A DNA stretch of 19,016 nt from Pseudobdellovibrionaceae bacterium. GTDB taxonomy: Bacteria > Bdellovibrionota > Bdellovibrionia > Bdellovibrionales > Bdellovibrionaceae. Made by a program: the position numbers and the translations under genes. Shown one piece after another: positions 1 to 8,021 of the stretch. The notes beneath the pieces were generated by a model. The model saw only the letters and a list, made by a program, of their open reading frames with translations. It searched no databases and was not told where the DNA came from. Location of the stretch: the NCBI GenBank assembly GCA_039810425.1, contig JBDHWW010000054.1, positions 1 to 19,016 of the forward strand, written 5' to 3'. The first letter of the stretch is position 1, and each line of letters opens with the position of its first letter.

Positions 1-1
1 T

Positions 2-70
2 GGTTGGCAGCGACTCAATGACATCGCAGAGGACTACGTCCTGTTCAAAGGTGGTTCAACTTGTGGGTAA
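2..70 (+). CDS. IS4-family transposase, last 22 codons only (not in the ORF track)
   Basis: Manual translation GWQRLNDIAEDYVLFKGGSTCG; stop TAA at 68-70, followed by in-frame TAG TAA. Confidence 0.68.
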   Translation, partial: GWQRLNDIAEDYVLFKGGSTCG

Positions 71-77
71 TAGTAAG
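58..77. repeat. Putative right terminal inverted repeat of the IS
   Basis: AACTTGTGGGTAATAGTAAG (reverse complement CTTACTATTACCCACAAGTT) overlaps the transposase stop. The partner copy is outside the window. Confidence 0.55.
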
Positions 78-303
78 ACCTTGGGTGGGCGGGGTAAAAG
101 AAGAAACCCAGAACGCAGAACCGTCTTTATGCAATACGGCCCCGAAAAAATGGACAAACACGCATCCGGCCTAACGAGGCCCATTCCATCAGGCGTGAAG
201 AGGCTTAAAACGCCATTTCTCCTGAAAATTTCCATAAAACAGGACAGTGAACTCCGAATCGCTCCAGTCTTCGTGGGCAACCGCAAAAAACGTTGAATGA
301 GAA

Positions 304-1200
304 CTAAGCCCACTCGCCCAAACGGACCACTTCCGTTTGAAGTTCGACGCTTTTAAGAGACTTCACCGTGTTGCGAACGTGCTCAATCACGTGCCACATG
401 TCCATGGCTTTCGCCTCGCCGAGATTCACAATAAAATTTGCATGTTTCAATGAAACCTGTGCCCCACCGACGGTGAAGCCTTTTAAACCACAACCATCAA
501 TGAGCTGTGCAGCCTTATGCCCAGGTGGATTTCTGAAGACAGAACCACAGCTTGGCATATCCAGCGGCTGTTTCGACAGACGAACTTTGTTGGCATTGCG
601 AACCTGATCCAAAATCGTTGCATCCGCCTGCATCGGCCAGCTGATTCCCACGCGAGTGATCACACCCGGCTGCCAACCTTTGGAGTGACGGTATTCCCAA
701 TGAATTTGATCTTTCATAAACCTGTGATTCGTAAACTGCCCGTCTTGCAAGCGCAGCACTTCAATCCAGTCTGTGATTTCCATGAACTCGCGAGGCACGA
801 AGCCCTCGGCGACACCCGCATTCATCACCACACCACCGCCAACATCCCCAGGCAAGCCGGCAAGGAATAGTGCCGGGGCGAGTTTGCTTTTCAGGAAAAT
901 TTTAAGCAGTTCCGACTTCGCCGTCCCCGCCATGGCGGTGATCTCAAGACGACCGTCGACTTCTTTGCTTTCAAGGCCCGAGAAACGGCGTAGACACATC
1001 ACGAGCCCACGAATGCCTTTGTCTGAGATCAACACATTTGTCCCGCCGCCAAACAACGTGATCGGCTGACTATGGCTCTCAGCCCAAAGCACCGCTTCGC
1101 GAACGTCCGCCTCGGTCTCAGGCAAGCAAAAATATTCCGCCGACCCACCGACCATCCATGAAGTATATTCCGCTAAAGGGACACTTTTCTTAATTTCCAT
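304..1200 (-). CDS. murB: UDP-N-acetylenolpyruvoylglucosamine reductase
   Basis: 298 aa; motifs GGGTNVL, GLPGDVGGGVVMNAG, YRHS, PSCGSVFRNP, KHANFIVN; follows murC. Confidence 0.96.
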   Translation of the reverse strand: MEIKKSVPLAEYTSWMVGGSAEYFCLPETEADVREAVLWAESHSQPITLFGGGTNVLISDKGIRGLVMCLRRFSGLESKEVDGRLEITAMAGTAKSELLKIFLKSKLAPALFLAGLPGDVGGGVVMNAGVAEGFVPREFMEITDWIEVLRLQDGQFTNHRFMKDQIHWEYRHSKGWQPGVITRVGISWPMQADATILDQVRNANKVRLSKQPLDMPSCGSVFRNPPGHKAAQLIDGCGLKGFTVGGAQVSLKHANFIVNLGEAKAMDMWHVIEHVRNTVKSLKSVELQTEVVRLGEWA

Positions 1201-1231
1201 CGCAACGCATCCGAAAAAGGTACGGCGTACC

Positions 1232-2593
1232 CTAAAGTTTGTTCAAGACTTCTAGGCCGAGTTTCCAACCGTCGCCTGCGCCCAGGGTGATGAACACGTC
1301 GCCCGTTTGTAAATGACCAAGGATCTTGTCTGAAGAATGACTATCACGCACAAAGTATTCGACATGTTTGTGCTTCATGTCTTCAACTAGTTTCTCGGAA
1401 TTAATTCCTGGAATCGGAGTTTCCCCCGCCGGATATATATCCGTCACCAAGATTTGATCCGCTTGTGAAAAACACGTTGTAAAATCATGCCAGCAATGCT
1501 GAGTCCGAGAGTAACGGTGCGGCTGGAAGTACACGACCAGGCGATTGTCCGGATACTTCTCACGGAAGGCTTGAAGGGCGGCACGCACCTCTGTGGGATG
1601 GTGACCATAATCGTCGTAAACTCGAATGCCCTTTTTCTCTCCTTTGAAGTGGAAACGGCGATCAACGCCTTCAAAGCGCTGAAGGCCTCTTGCGCAAGTC
1701 GTGAAATCAACGCCCGCCGTAATCCCCGCAAGAATCGCAGCCGTCGCATTCAAAGCATTGTGGCGGCCTGGAACTTTCAAACCGAAATCGCCCACTTTGG
1801 CCTTTTCGCCGGTTTTGTAATCACGGCGGAAAAGAGTGTATTTGCCTTGTTCGCCCTGGAGAATGAAATCGTTCTTGTCTTCAAAACCATAAAACAAAGC
1901 ACGCTTCGGAAAGTTTTCAAAAAGCGCGTGCACGTTCGGATCATCGCCGCAAATAATTGTGGCGCCATAGAAGGGAACATGCAAAGCAAAGTCATAGAAA
2001 GATTTTTGTAAATTTTCAAAAGTTTTAAAATGATCCAGGTGGTCCGAATCAATATTTGTGATGATCGCGATTTCAGGGCTGAGCTTATGGAAGCTGCCAT
2101 CGCTTTCGTCCGCCTCTGCCACCATCCATTCACCATCGCCGAGCAGCGCGGTGGATTTTATCAGCTCAAAACGCCCCCCGACGAAAATCGTCGGCTTTAA
2201 GTTGGCTTCCATGAAGATGGCGGAAGTCATGCTCGTTGTGGTCGTCTTGCCGTGAGTTCCCGCCACCGCAATCCCGCGCTTGATGCGCATGATTTCAGCC
2301 AACGCCTCCGCACGCGGAATCAAAGGAATTTGCTTCGCCCGGGCATCCGCGATTTCTGGATTTGAATTCTGAACCGCACTGGAATAGACCACCACATCCG
2401 CGTCACCCACATGAGTCGCCGCATGGCCCTTGTAAACCTTGACGCCCATTTCTTTCAACCGTTCGGTATTGGCATTTTCTGACAAGTCACTGCCGGAAAC
2501 GACCGCGCCCATATTGTGAAGCAACTCCGCGAGACCGCACATACCGATCCCGCCGACCCCCACAAAATGGAATTTTGTTTTTTCTAAACGCAT
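1232..2593 (-). CDS. murC: UDP-N-acetylmuramate--L-alanine ligase
   Basis: 453 aa; HFVGVGGIGMCGLA, P-loop AGTHGKTTT, EADESD, DDYGHHPTE, FQPHRYSRT; AGGA SD upstream. Confidence 0.98.
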   Translation of the reverse strand: MRLEKTKFHFVGVGGIGMCGLAELLHNMGAVVSGSDLSENANTERLKEMGVKVYKGHAATHVGDADVVVYSSAVQNSNPEIADARAKQIPLIPRAEALAEIMRIKRGIAVAGTHGKTTTTSMTSAIFMEANLKPTIFVGGRFELIKSTALLGDGEWMVAEADESDGSFHKLSPEIAIITNIDSDHLDHFKTFENLQKSFYDFALHVPFYGATIICGDDPNVHALFENFPKRALFYGFEDKNDFILQGEQGKYTLFRRDYKTGEKAKVGDFGLKVPGRHNALNATAAILAGITAGVDFTTCARGLQRFEGVDRRFHFKGEKKGIRVYDDYGHHPTEVRAALQAFREKYPDNRLVVYFQPHRYSRTQHCWHDFTTCFSQADQILVTDIYPAGETPIPGINSEKLVEDMKHKHVEYFVRDSHSSDKILGHLQTGDVFITLGAGDGWKLGLEVLNKL

Positions 2594-2620
2594 TGGAATA
2601 TCCTATCTTAAAAACCCGGC

Positions 2621-2657
2621 CAACGTGCAGCTCAACGTGCAAGCTAAATTGCAAGTT
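2621..2657. repeat. Three imperfect 12-13 bp tandem repeats in the murG-murC spacer
   Basis: CAACGTGCAGCT / CAACGTGCAAGCT / AAATTGCAAGTT read directly. Confidence 0.6.
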
Positions 2658-3747
2658 AAGCCAAAAGAAGTTCGGCCATTTTCTCCGCGGCCTGGGGCTT
2701 ATAGAACTTCACTAGGTTTTTTCTCATTTCTTCACGAGCTTGTGAATTGTTTTTCAAAATTTCGATCTGCTGTATCAAGGTGTCAGGAGTTAAATCCTTC
2801 TGGAGAATCATGGCGGAAGCTTTTTGCTCAAAGAGAGTCTCGGCGTTTTTACGCTGATGATCATCGGCAGCCCAAGGCAATGGAATAAAGATGGCTGGCT
2901 TTCCGCACGCCGCCACTTCCGCCACGGTGCTCGCGCCGGCACGGCAAATAATAATATCTGCCCAGTCGTAGTTCTTCTCCATTTGATAAAGATATTCGTG
3001 AGTTTCAACTTGAGAGCATCCCTTATACGCATCAGAGACATTGGCGTAATCCGCGGGACCCGTCTGATGAATAATTTTGGTGTTGGAAAGCCACGATCCC
3101 CCCTTTAATACGGCCTCTTGCACGGCCGTATTAATACTACGGGCGCCCTGGCTGCCGCCAAACACGAGGATGTGAAATTCCTGTCCGTCTTTCTCTATAT
3201 TGCTCGAGAGCTCTTTTTTCGCGAGAGCTTCCACCTCTTTACGGATTGGCAGACCCACTTGGGAAATCGCGTTGCTCTTAAGAAACCTCGCGGCTTCTTC
3301 AAAGACCACAAAACTCTTACCAACAACCCGGGACAACCAGCGATTGGTCATTCCTGGGAACGCGTTCGGCTCCCAGATCGCCGTACGGAATCCCATGAGG
3401 CTTGCCACGAGCACAAACGGCCCCGAGGCATAACCGCCAACACCGAGGACAGCTTGCGGTTTTAGCTCCATCAAAAGAGCAATGGATTGTACAAAGGCGC
3501 GTGGCATTCCGAGGATCGTCATGATTTTACTCTTAAGACCGCCCGCGTGATTCAATTTACCAATGCTGATGTGGTGCAGGGGGAACCCTTCACGCGGTAC
3601 GATTTTATTTTCAAGGCCGACAGGCGTTCCAACGAAGTGAATTTCAAAATCCGGATGCTGAGCTTTGATAGCGCGGGCAATGGCAATTCCAGGATAGATG
3701 TGACCACCGGTTCCGCCACCCGCGATCACGACATTTTTGCGACTCAT
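2656..3747 (-). CDS. murG: Lipid I N-acetylglucosaminyltransferase
   Basis: GGGTGGHIYPG, GGYAS, EPN, GGSQGA, RAGAST, HQRKNA. Start moved to ATG 3747 (MSRKNVV), which overlaps the ftsW stop as TAATG. Confidence 0.97.
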   Translation of the reverse strand: MSRKNVVIAGGGTGGHIYPGIAIARAIKAQHPDFEIHFVGTPVGLENKIVPREGFPLHHISIGKLNHAGGLKSKIMTILGMPRAFVQSIALLMELKPQAVLGVGGYASGPFVLVASLMGFRTAIWEPNAFPGMTNRWLSRVVGKSFVVFEEAARFLKSNAISQVGLPIRKEVEALAKKELSSNIEKDGQEFHILVFGGSQGARSINTAVQEAVLKGGSWLSNTKIIHQTGPADYANVSDAYKGCSQVETHEYLYQMEKNYDWADIIICRAGASTVAEVAACGKPAIFIPLPWAADDHQRKNAETLFEQKASAMILQKDLTPDTLIQQIEILKNNSQAREEMRKNLVKFYKPQAAEKMAELLLA

Positions 3748-4892
3748 TATTTTTTTACCTTTGATTGATCCCACCGGGCTCTTCCAAACTTTTTAGAAAG
3801 GTCCCCCGATTCCAGCGAATTTTCAACATTTAAAATCAGGCCGAATGTAAAACACAAAACGACGAGTGAACTTCCGCCGTAACTTAAAAACGGCAACGTC
3901 AAACCTTTCGTCGGCAAAAGCCCCATCACCACACCTGCGTTGATAAACACGGATAGGGCGAACGACAAGGTTAAACCGAGCACCAGGGATTTTTTAAACG
4001 GCTCTTCGGCGCGAACCGCAATTTGAATTCCGCGCATCACAACAAAGCCATAAAGACTGAGAATGATGAGGAAGCCCACGAAGCCCATTTCCTCACCGAA
4101 GACCGCCAATGTGAAATCCGTGTGAGCTTCCGGCAAGAAGAAGAGCTTCCCCTGACCTTGCCCGATGCCTGCACCCGTTAAACCGCCGGAGTGAAAACTG
4201 AGCATACTTTGGATCACTTGAAATCCGCGAGAGGCCGGATCGGACCATGGATCCAAAAATGCGAGTACGCGCGCCCGGCGATATGGAACGGCCATCACCA
4301 GAAAATACACCGCTGGTAGAATGACCGCCGCGGCCGCCGCGATATAGCGCCAGCGAAGACCGAAGGCGAACAACAAGCCAACACCCACCATCAGAATAAT
4401 CGCAAAACTTCCGAAGTCAGGTTGCTTCAGCAATAAACCCATCGGCACAAGCACCAACGCGACAAGCACCGGCCACTTCAATTTCGCGAGGAAATTTTGT
4501 TGGCGGCAGATAAGACTTGCGAATAAAAGACTGAAGGAGACTTTGAGAAGCTCCGCCGGCTCGAAGCGAACTCCGAGTGGCAGCTGAATCCAGCGGATGG
4601 CGCCCCCCACACGCACGCCAACACCCGGAACGAAGGTTGACAGCACAAGACCGGCGGCCCCCAACCACAGAAGCCAGCCGTATTTTTCGATGTACCGAAA
4701 CGGAATATGAATCGCACTAATCAACGCAGCAAATGCAATGAGGGCAAATACCAATTGTTTTTTGAAAAAGAAAAGGCCGTCTCCGTAAGATTCAATCGCG
4801 AAGATGAAACTAGAACTATAGACTTGAACAAGACCGATGCCGATCAAGGCGATCACTGACAGAAAAAGACTACTGGAGAGATAGCGAAGCAT
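3747..4892 (-). CDS. ftsW: SEDS-family peptidoglycan polymerase FtsW
   Basis: 381 aa polytopic membrane protein; GAIRWI, EPAELLK, QPDFG, LPEAHTDF, GLTLPFLSYGGSS; GAGGAG SD; directly upstream of murG. Confidence 0.96.
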   Translation of the reverse strand: MLRYLSSSLFLSVIALIGIGLVQVYSSSFIFAIESYGDGLFFFKKQLVFALIAFAALISAIHIPFRYIEKYGWLLWLGAAGLVLSTFVPGVGVRVGGAIRWIQLPLGVRFEPAELLKVSFSLLFASLICRQQNFLAKLKWPVLVALVLVPMGLLLKQPDFGSFAIILMVGVGLLFAFGLRWRYIAAAAAVILPAVYFLVMAVPYRRARVLAFLDPWSDPASRGFQVIQSMLSFHSGGLTGAGIGQGQGKLFFLPEAHTDFTLAVFGEEMGFVGFLIILSLYGFVVMRGIQIAVRAEEPFKKSLVLGLTLSFALSVFINAGVVMGLLPTKGLTLPFLSYGGSSLVVLCFTFGLILNVENSLESGDLSKKFGRARWDQSKVKK

Positions 4893-4931
4893 GCGAAACT
4901 CCTCTGCTTTATTCTAAGCAAGGAGTTCGCA
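4892..4931 (-). promoter_or_regulatory. Hairpin sequestering the ftsW Shine-Dalgarno and the first base of the start codon
   Basis: Minus-strand UGCGAA-CUCCU-UGCUU-[AGAAUA]-AAGCA-g-AGGAG-u-UUCGCA(UG): 16 Watson-Crick pairs with two single-base bulges. Confidence 0.65.
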
Positions 4932-4960
4932 GGCCGTCTTGCAGTCAAAATAAAACTAGA

Positions 4961-5371
4961 CTATTTGTCCTCGACGATATCATCAGACTGAGGTCCAGCG
5001 GCTTTCGCTGCGGGAGTTGCGACCGCCGCTGCGGCGGCCTCTTTCGTGGACGACTGGGGTGGAGCCACTTTACGAGCTGTTTTTTGCTCAGCGCCGGCCA
5101 TAGCACAGCAATACATGATGCCATTTTGGTCGGCGGTGTTTTTATAGGGAGCCAAAGTGAACGGGCGGGCTGAATCACAGCGCTTTGCCATCTGCAGATT
5201 CAGCTCAACGTCGATATCAGAATGCTTATCCCCGTTGATCCACTCACAGTAGAGGCCCGCTGAATTTGCGATCTTTTCGCGTTGCTCTTGACGGGCTTTG
5301 TACGCGCTGGATGCGCAGCCCGTCATAGCCAATAGACCTAGCATGCCGAATACAGAAACTAATTTAATCAC
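4961..5371 (-). CDS. Small hypothetical lipoprotein (Cys-containing core, Ala/Pro-rich tail)
   Basis: Start moved to GTG 5371 (GGGGGAG SD 8 nt upstream), giving signal peptide MIKLVSVFGMLGLLAMTG-C with a lipobox; four more Cys; co-oriented between murD and ftsW. Confidence 0.8.
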   Translation of the reverse strand: MIKLVSVFGMLGLLAMTGCASSAYKARQEQREKIANSAGLYCEWINGDKHSDIDVELNLQMAKRCDSARPFTLAPYKNTADQNGIMYCCAMAGAEQKTARKVAPPQSSTKEAAAAAVATPAAKAAGPQSDDIVEDK

Positions 5372-5421
5372 GGCTTCCACTCCCCCGCTCTCTCGCGGCG
5401 TCTGCAAAGCGGTGACTTCAA

Positions 5422-6810
5422 TCAATGAAACTTACGAACGATTTCCTTGAAGTAATCACCGCGCTCTTCAAAGCTATCAAACATATCAAAGCTCGAGCAG
5501 CTTGGAGAGAGCAAGACGATGTCACCAATTCTGGACTTCTGATAAGCGATCAACACCGCTTCTTCGAAAGTGCCGATCAAAAAGGTTTCACTGTAGTCAC
5601 CGAGATCCCGGTTAATGCGCTCTTTAGCCTCGCCGACCAGGATCAAGGTCTTAACTTTGCGCTTCACAATGTTACGCAAAGGTTCGTAGTTCAGATTCGT
5701 ATCTTTACCACCCGCAATTAAAATCACGTTTTCATCGAAGGTGTCCAGCGCGCGAAGAACGGCATGGACATTAGTTGCCTTTGAGTCGTTAAAGAACTGA
5801 ACGCCACCGACTTTACGCACGTACTCGATACGATGCGCGAGATTCGCAAAACCGTTGATCACAGTTTGGATCGCGTCATGCTTAGCACCGTGTTCACGAG
5901 CGGCAAGGATTGCCGCCATCAAATTTTCGATGTTGTGCTTTCCTTTCATCTTCATGCCTTTGATTGTGTAGTACTCGATGTCTGGACCCGTGCGAACACG
6001 GATTTCGTCACCAATGTTCACGGCACCGCCGATGTTCATGATTTGCGGCTCCAACGCGGGTTTGCGGGAGAAGTAGAAAATTCTTCCACGCTGAACCTGA
6101 GGATCCCGCGCCAATTCAACCACCGCATTGTCGTCGGCGTTCAAAATGCTCGTTGTCGCTTGGTTCGTGTTTTTGAAAATCCGGCGTTTGGCGTTCACGT
6201 ACTCTTCCATAGAACGATACCGGTCCAAGTGGTTTTCAGCCAAGTTTGTGAAAACCACGTTCATTGGATTGAAGTTTTCGCTGTGTTCAAGCATGAAGCT
6301 TGAAACTTCGGCGATGACCACCTGAGCTTTGTCATCAAGACGAAGGTAATCCACGAGCGGTTTTTCGCTCGCGCCGCCAACCCATGACTTGATGTCTGAT
6401 TTATTCAGGAAAGACTCGATCAAACGCGCCACTGTCGTTTTACCGTTGGTTCCCGTGATGCCAACGATCGGCTCCTTAATGAAGCCCGCACTGAATTCGA
6501 ACTCACCGGTGATTTTGATGCCCTGACTGCGAGCATAGTCGAAAATCTTCAGGTTTGAAGGAACGCCCGGGCTCAAGATCACAAGGTCTTGCTGCAGGAA
6601 TGTCTTCGGACTGTGTCCACCCAAATCAAACTTGATCGGCAAACCTTCGCACTGCTCGAGTTGCGCCGACAACTCCGGCTTCGACTTGTGATCCGTGACG
6701 GTCACTTGGGCTTCGTATTTACACAAAAAGTGTGCGAGGCTCACGCCGGTTTTTCCCAAGCCAACGACAAGAATCCTCTTATCTTTTAATTCACTAACTT
6801 CTCTGAACAT
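5422..6810 (-). CDS. murD: UDP-N-acetylmuramoyl-L-alanine--D-glutamate ligase
   Basis: 462 aa; VVGLGKTG, SPGVP, GITGTNGKTT, EVSSF, HLDRY, NDSKATN, SPSCSSFDMF..FEERG; follows mraY. Confidence 0.96.
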   Translation of the reverse strand: MFREVSELKDKRILVVGLGKTGVSLAHFLCKYEAQVTVTDHKSKPELSAQLEQCEGLPIKFDLGGHSPKTFLQQDLVILSPGVPSNLKIFDYARSQGIKITGEFEFSAGFIKEPIVGITGTNGKTTVARLIESFLNKSDIKSWVGGASEKPLVDYLRLDDKAQVVIAEVSSFMLEHSENFNPMNVVFTNLAENHLDRYRSMEEYVNAKRRIFKNTNQATTSILNADDNAVVELARDPQVQRGRIFYFSRKPALEPQIMNIGGAVNIGDEIRVRTGPDIEYYTIKGMKMKGKHNIENLMAAILAAREHGAKHDAIQTVINGFANLAHRIEYVRKVGGVQFFNDSKATNVHAVLRALDTFDENVILIAGGKDTNLNYEPLRNIVKRKVKTLILVGEAKERINRDLGDYSETFLIGTFEEAVLIAYQKSRIGDIVLLSPSCSSFDMFDSFEERGDYFKEIVRKFH

Positions 6811-6816
6811 GCCTGC

Positions 6817-7893
6817 CTACCTTAATTTCAATGTCGCTAAACTCAGGACCGCCAACAAAATGGAGATAATCCAAAATCGCACAATAATCTTTGTCTCAGT
6901 GAGACCTTTTAATTCGAAGTGATGATGGATCGGCGCCATCTTGAAAACTCTCTTACCGGTGAGCTTGAACGAAATCACCTGAGTGATCACCGACAAGGCT
7001 TCGACAACGAAGACACCGCCGAGCAAAACCATCAAGAGTTCATTGCGGGTAATCACCGCCATGATGCCCAGGAAGCCACCGATGCTGAGACTTCCAACAT
7101 CGCCCATGAAAACCTGGGCGGGATAGGTATTAAACCATAAAAATCCAAGGCCCGCGGCCACCATCGCCGCCGCCACAGGAGCCAACTCCCCGGCACCCAC
7201 AACGTGCGGAATCTGCAGGTAAGTCGCAATCGAATAGTGGCCGACAACGTAAGAGAACAAACCGAGCGTGCTCGCAGAGATAATCACTGGCACGATCGCA
7301 AGACCATCCAAACCGTCCGTGAGATTCACCGCATTCGCCGTGCCGGTAATAACGAGCGCCGCAAACACAACATAGAAATAACCAAGATCAATATTCAGAT
7401 TCTTCGCAAACGGCACCGCCACGACCGTCGAAAGCTCAAAGAACTGAACGAGGACGAAAACTGTCGCGCCGGCAATCAGGAACTCCCCGAGCAACCGGAT
7501 TTTGCCGGAAAGACCTTTGGAGTTTTTTTTGCTGACTTTCAAATAGTCATCCATATAACCAATCGAACCGAAACCGACGGTGACCGCAATCACCGCCAGA
7601 ACCAGCGGGCTTAAAAGATCCACCCACAAAAGACACGGCACCATTGCGCTCAACAAAATCAACCCGCCGCCCATGGTCGGTGTGCCGGCTTTCTTTTTGT
7701 GGCTTTGCGGACCATCGTCACGGATGCTTTGGCCGAAGTGTTTTTCTTTCAGGCGGTTGATGAAATAGGGACCCCACATCCAGGCCATGAAGAACGAAGT
7801 AAAGAATGAAATAAAAGTGCGAACGGTGATGTAGCGGAAGATATTCAGAGGAGAAAACTGGTCCGCTAAGGAATAGAGCCACTGATAAAGCAT
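6817..7893 (-). CDS. mraY: Phospho-N-acetylmuramoyl-pentapeptide transferase
   Basis: [39 protein letters not shown]. Start moved to ATG 7893 (MLYQWLY, a typical N-terminus); the ORF-track extension is AT-rich intergenic DNA. Confidence 0.97.
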   Translation of the reverse strand: MLYQWLYSLADQFSPLNIFRYITVRTFISFFTSFFMAWMWGPYFINRLKEKHFGQSIRDDGPQSHKKKAGTPTMGGGLILLSAMVPCLLWVDLLSPLVLAVIAVTVGFGSIGYMDDYLKVSKKNSKGLSGKIRLLGEFLIAGATVFVLVQFFELSTVVAVPFAKNLNIDLGYFYVVFAALVITGTANAVNLTDGLDGLAIVPVIISASTLGLFSYVVGHYSIATYLQIPHVVGAGELAPVAAAMVAAGLGFLWFNTYPAQVFMGDVGSLSIGGFLGIMAVITRNELLMVLLGGVFVVEALSVITQVISFKLTGKRVFKMAPIHHHFELKGLTETKIIVRFWIISILLAVLSLATLKLR

Positions 7894-7945
7894 CTTTTTA
7901 AAAATCCCTTTTTTTAAAATTAGACATAAATGTGCATGGAATCCG

Positions 7946-7958
7946 TTGTGTAACACAA
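7946..7958. promoter_or_regulatory. Palindrome (possible operator) in the divergent mraY / glycosyltransferase spacer
   Basis: TTGTGT-A-ACACAA, perfect 6-bp arms. Confidence 0.35.
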
Positions 7959-7984
7959 AGCCGAAACAAAAAGCAAGAAAATGT

Positions 7985-8011
7985 TTGCAAGATATTGAAA
8001 TCACTTATAAT
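7985..8011 (+). promoter_or_regulatory. Putative sigma70-type promoter of the glycosyltransferase gene
   Basis: TTGCAA-15 nt-TATAAT. Perfect -10 but short spacer; ends 10 nt before ATG 8022. Confidence 0.45.
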
Positions 8012-8021
8012 TAATAAGAGC

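Larger units (their letters stand above)
1..77 (+). mobile_element. Right end of an IS4-family (IS50/Tn5-like) insertion sequence, truncated by the window edge
   Basis: Frame +2 from the edge reads GWQRLNDIAEDYVLFKGGSTCG*, like the C-terminal 'W.GWQRL.D...Y' helix of Tn5-like transposases. The stop lies inside ACTTGTGGGTAATAGTAAG, which resembles IS50-group terminal repeats. Recognised from memory; the left end is not visible. Confidence 0.7.

Noticed and set aside
161..196. Resemblance to enterobacterial REP sequences (CGCATCCGGCCTA...ATCAGGC)
   Set aside because: The complementary arm of the REP palindrome is missing and there is no second copy in the window.
18..313. ORFs 18..296 (+) and 56..313 (-) as genes, e.g. 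ftsQ or ddl
   Set aside because: No recognisable motifs or FtsQ topology; both run across the predicted IS end, and frame +2 explains the left edge better.
3748..3774. ORF-track N-terminal extension of murG
   Set aside because: It overlaps ftsW; the ATG at 3747 gives a canonical N-terminus and TAATG coupling.
5372..5425. TTG start at 5425 for the lipoprotein
   Set aside because: It would put 18 mostly polar residues before the signal peptide; GTG 5371 has a good SD.
7894..8021. Apparent head-to-head overlap of the mraY (to 8004) and GT (from 7932) ORFs
   Set aside because: An artefact of longest-ORF calling; ATG starts at 7893 and 8022 leave a normal intergenic region.
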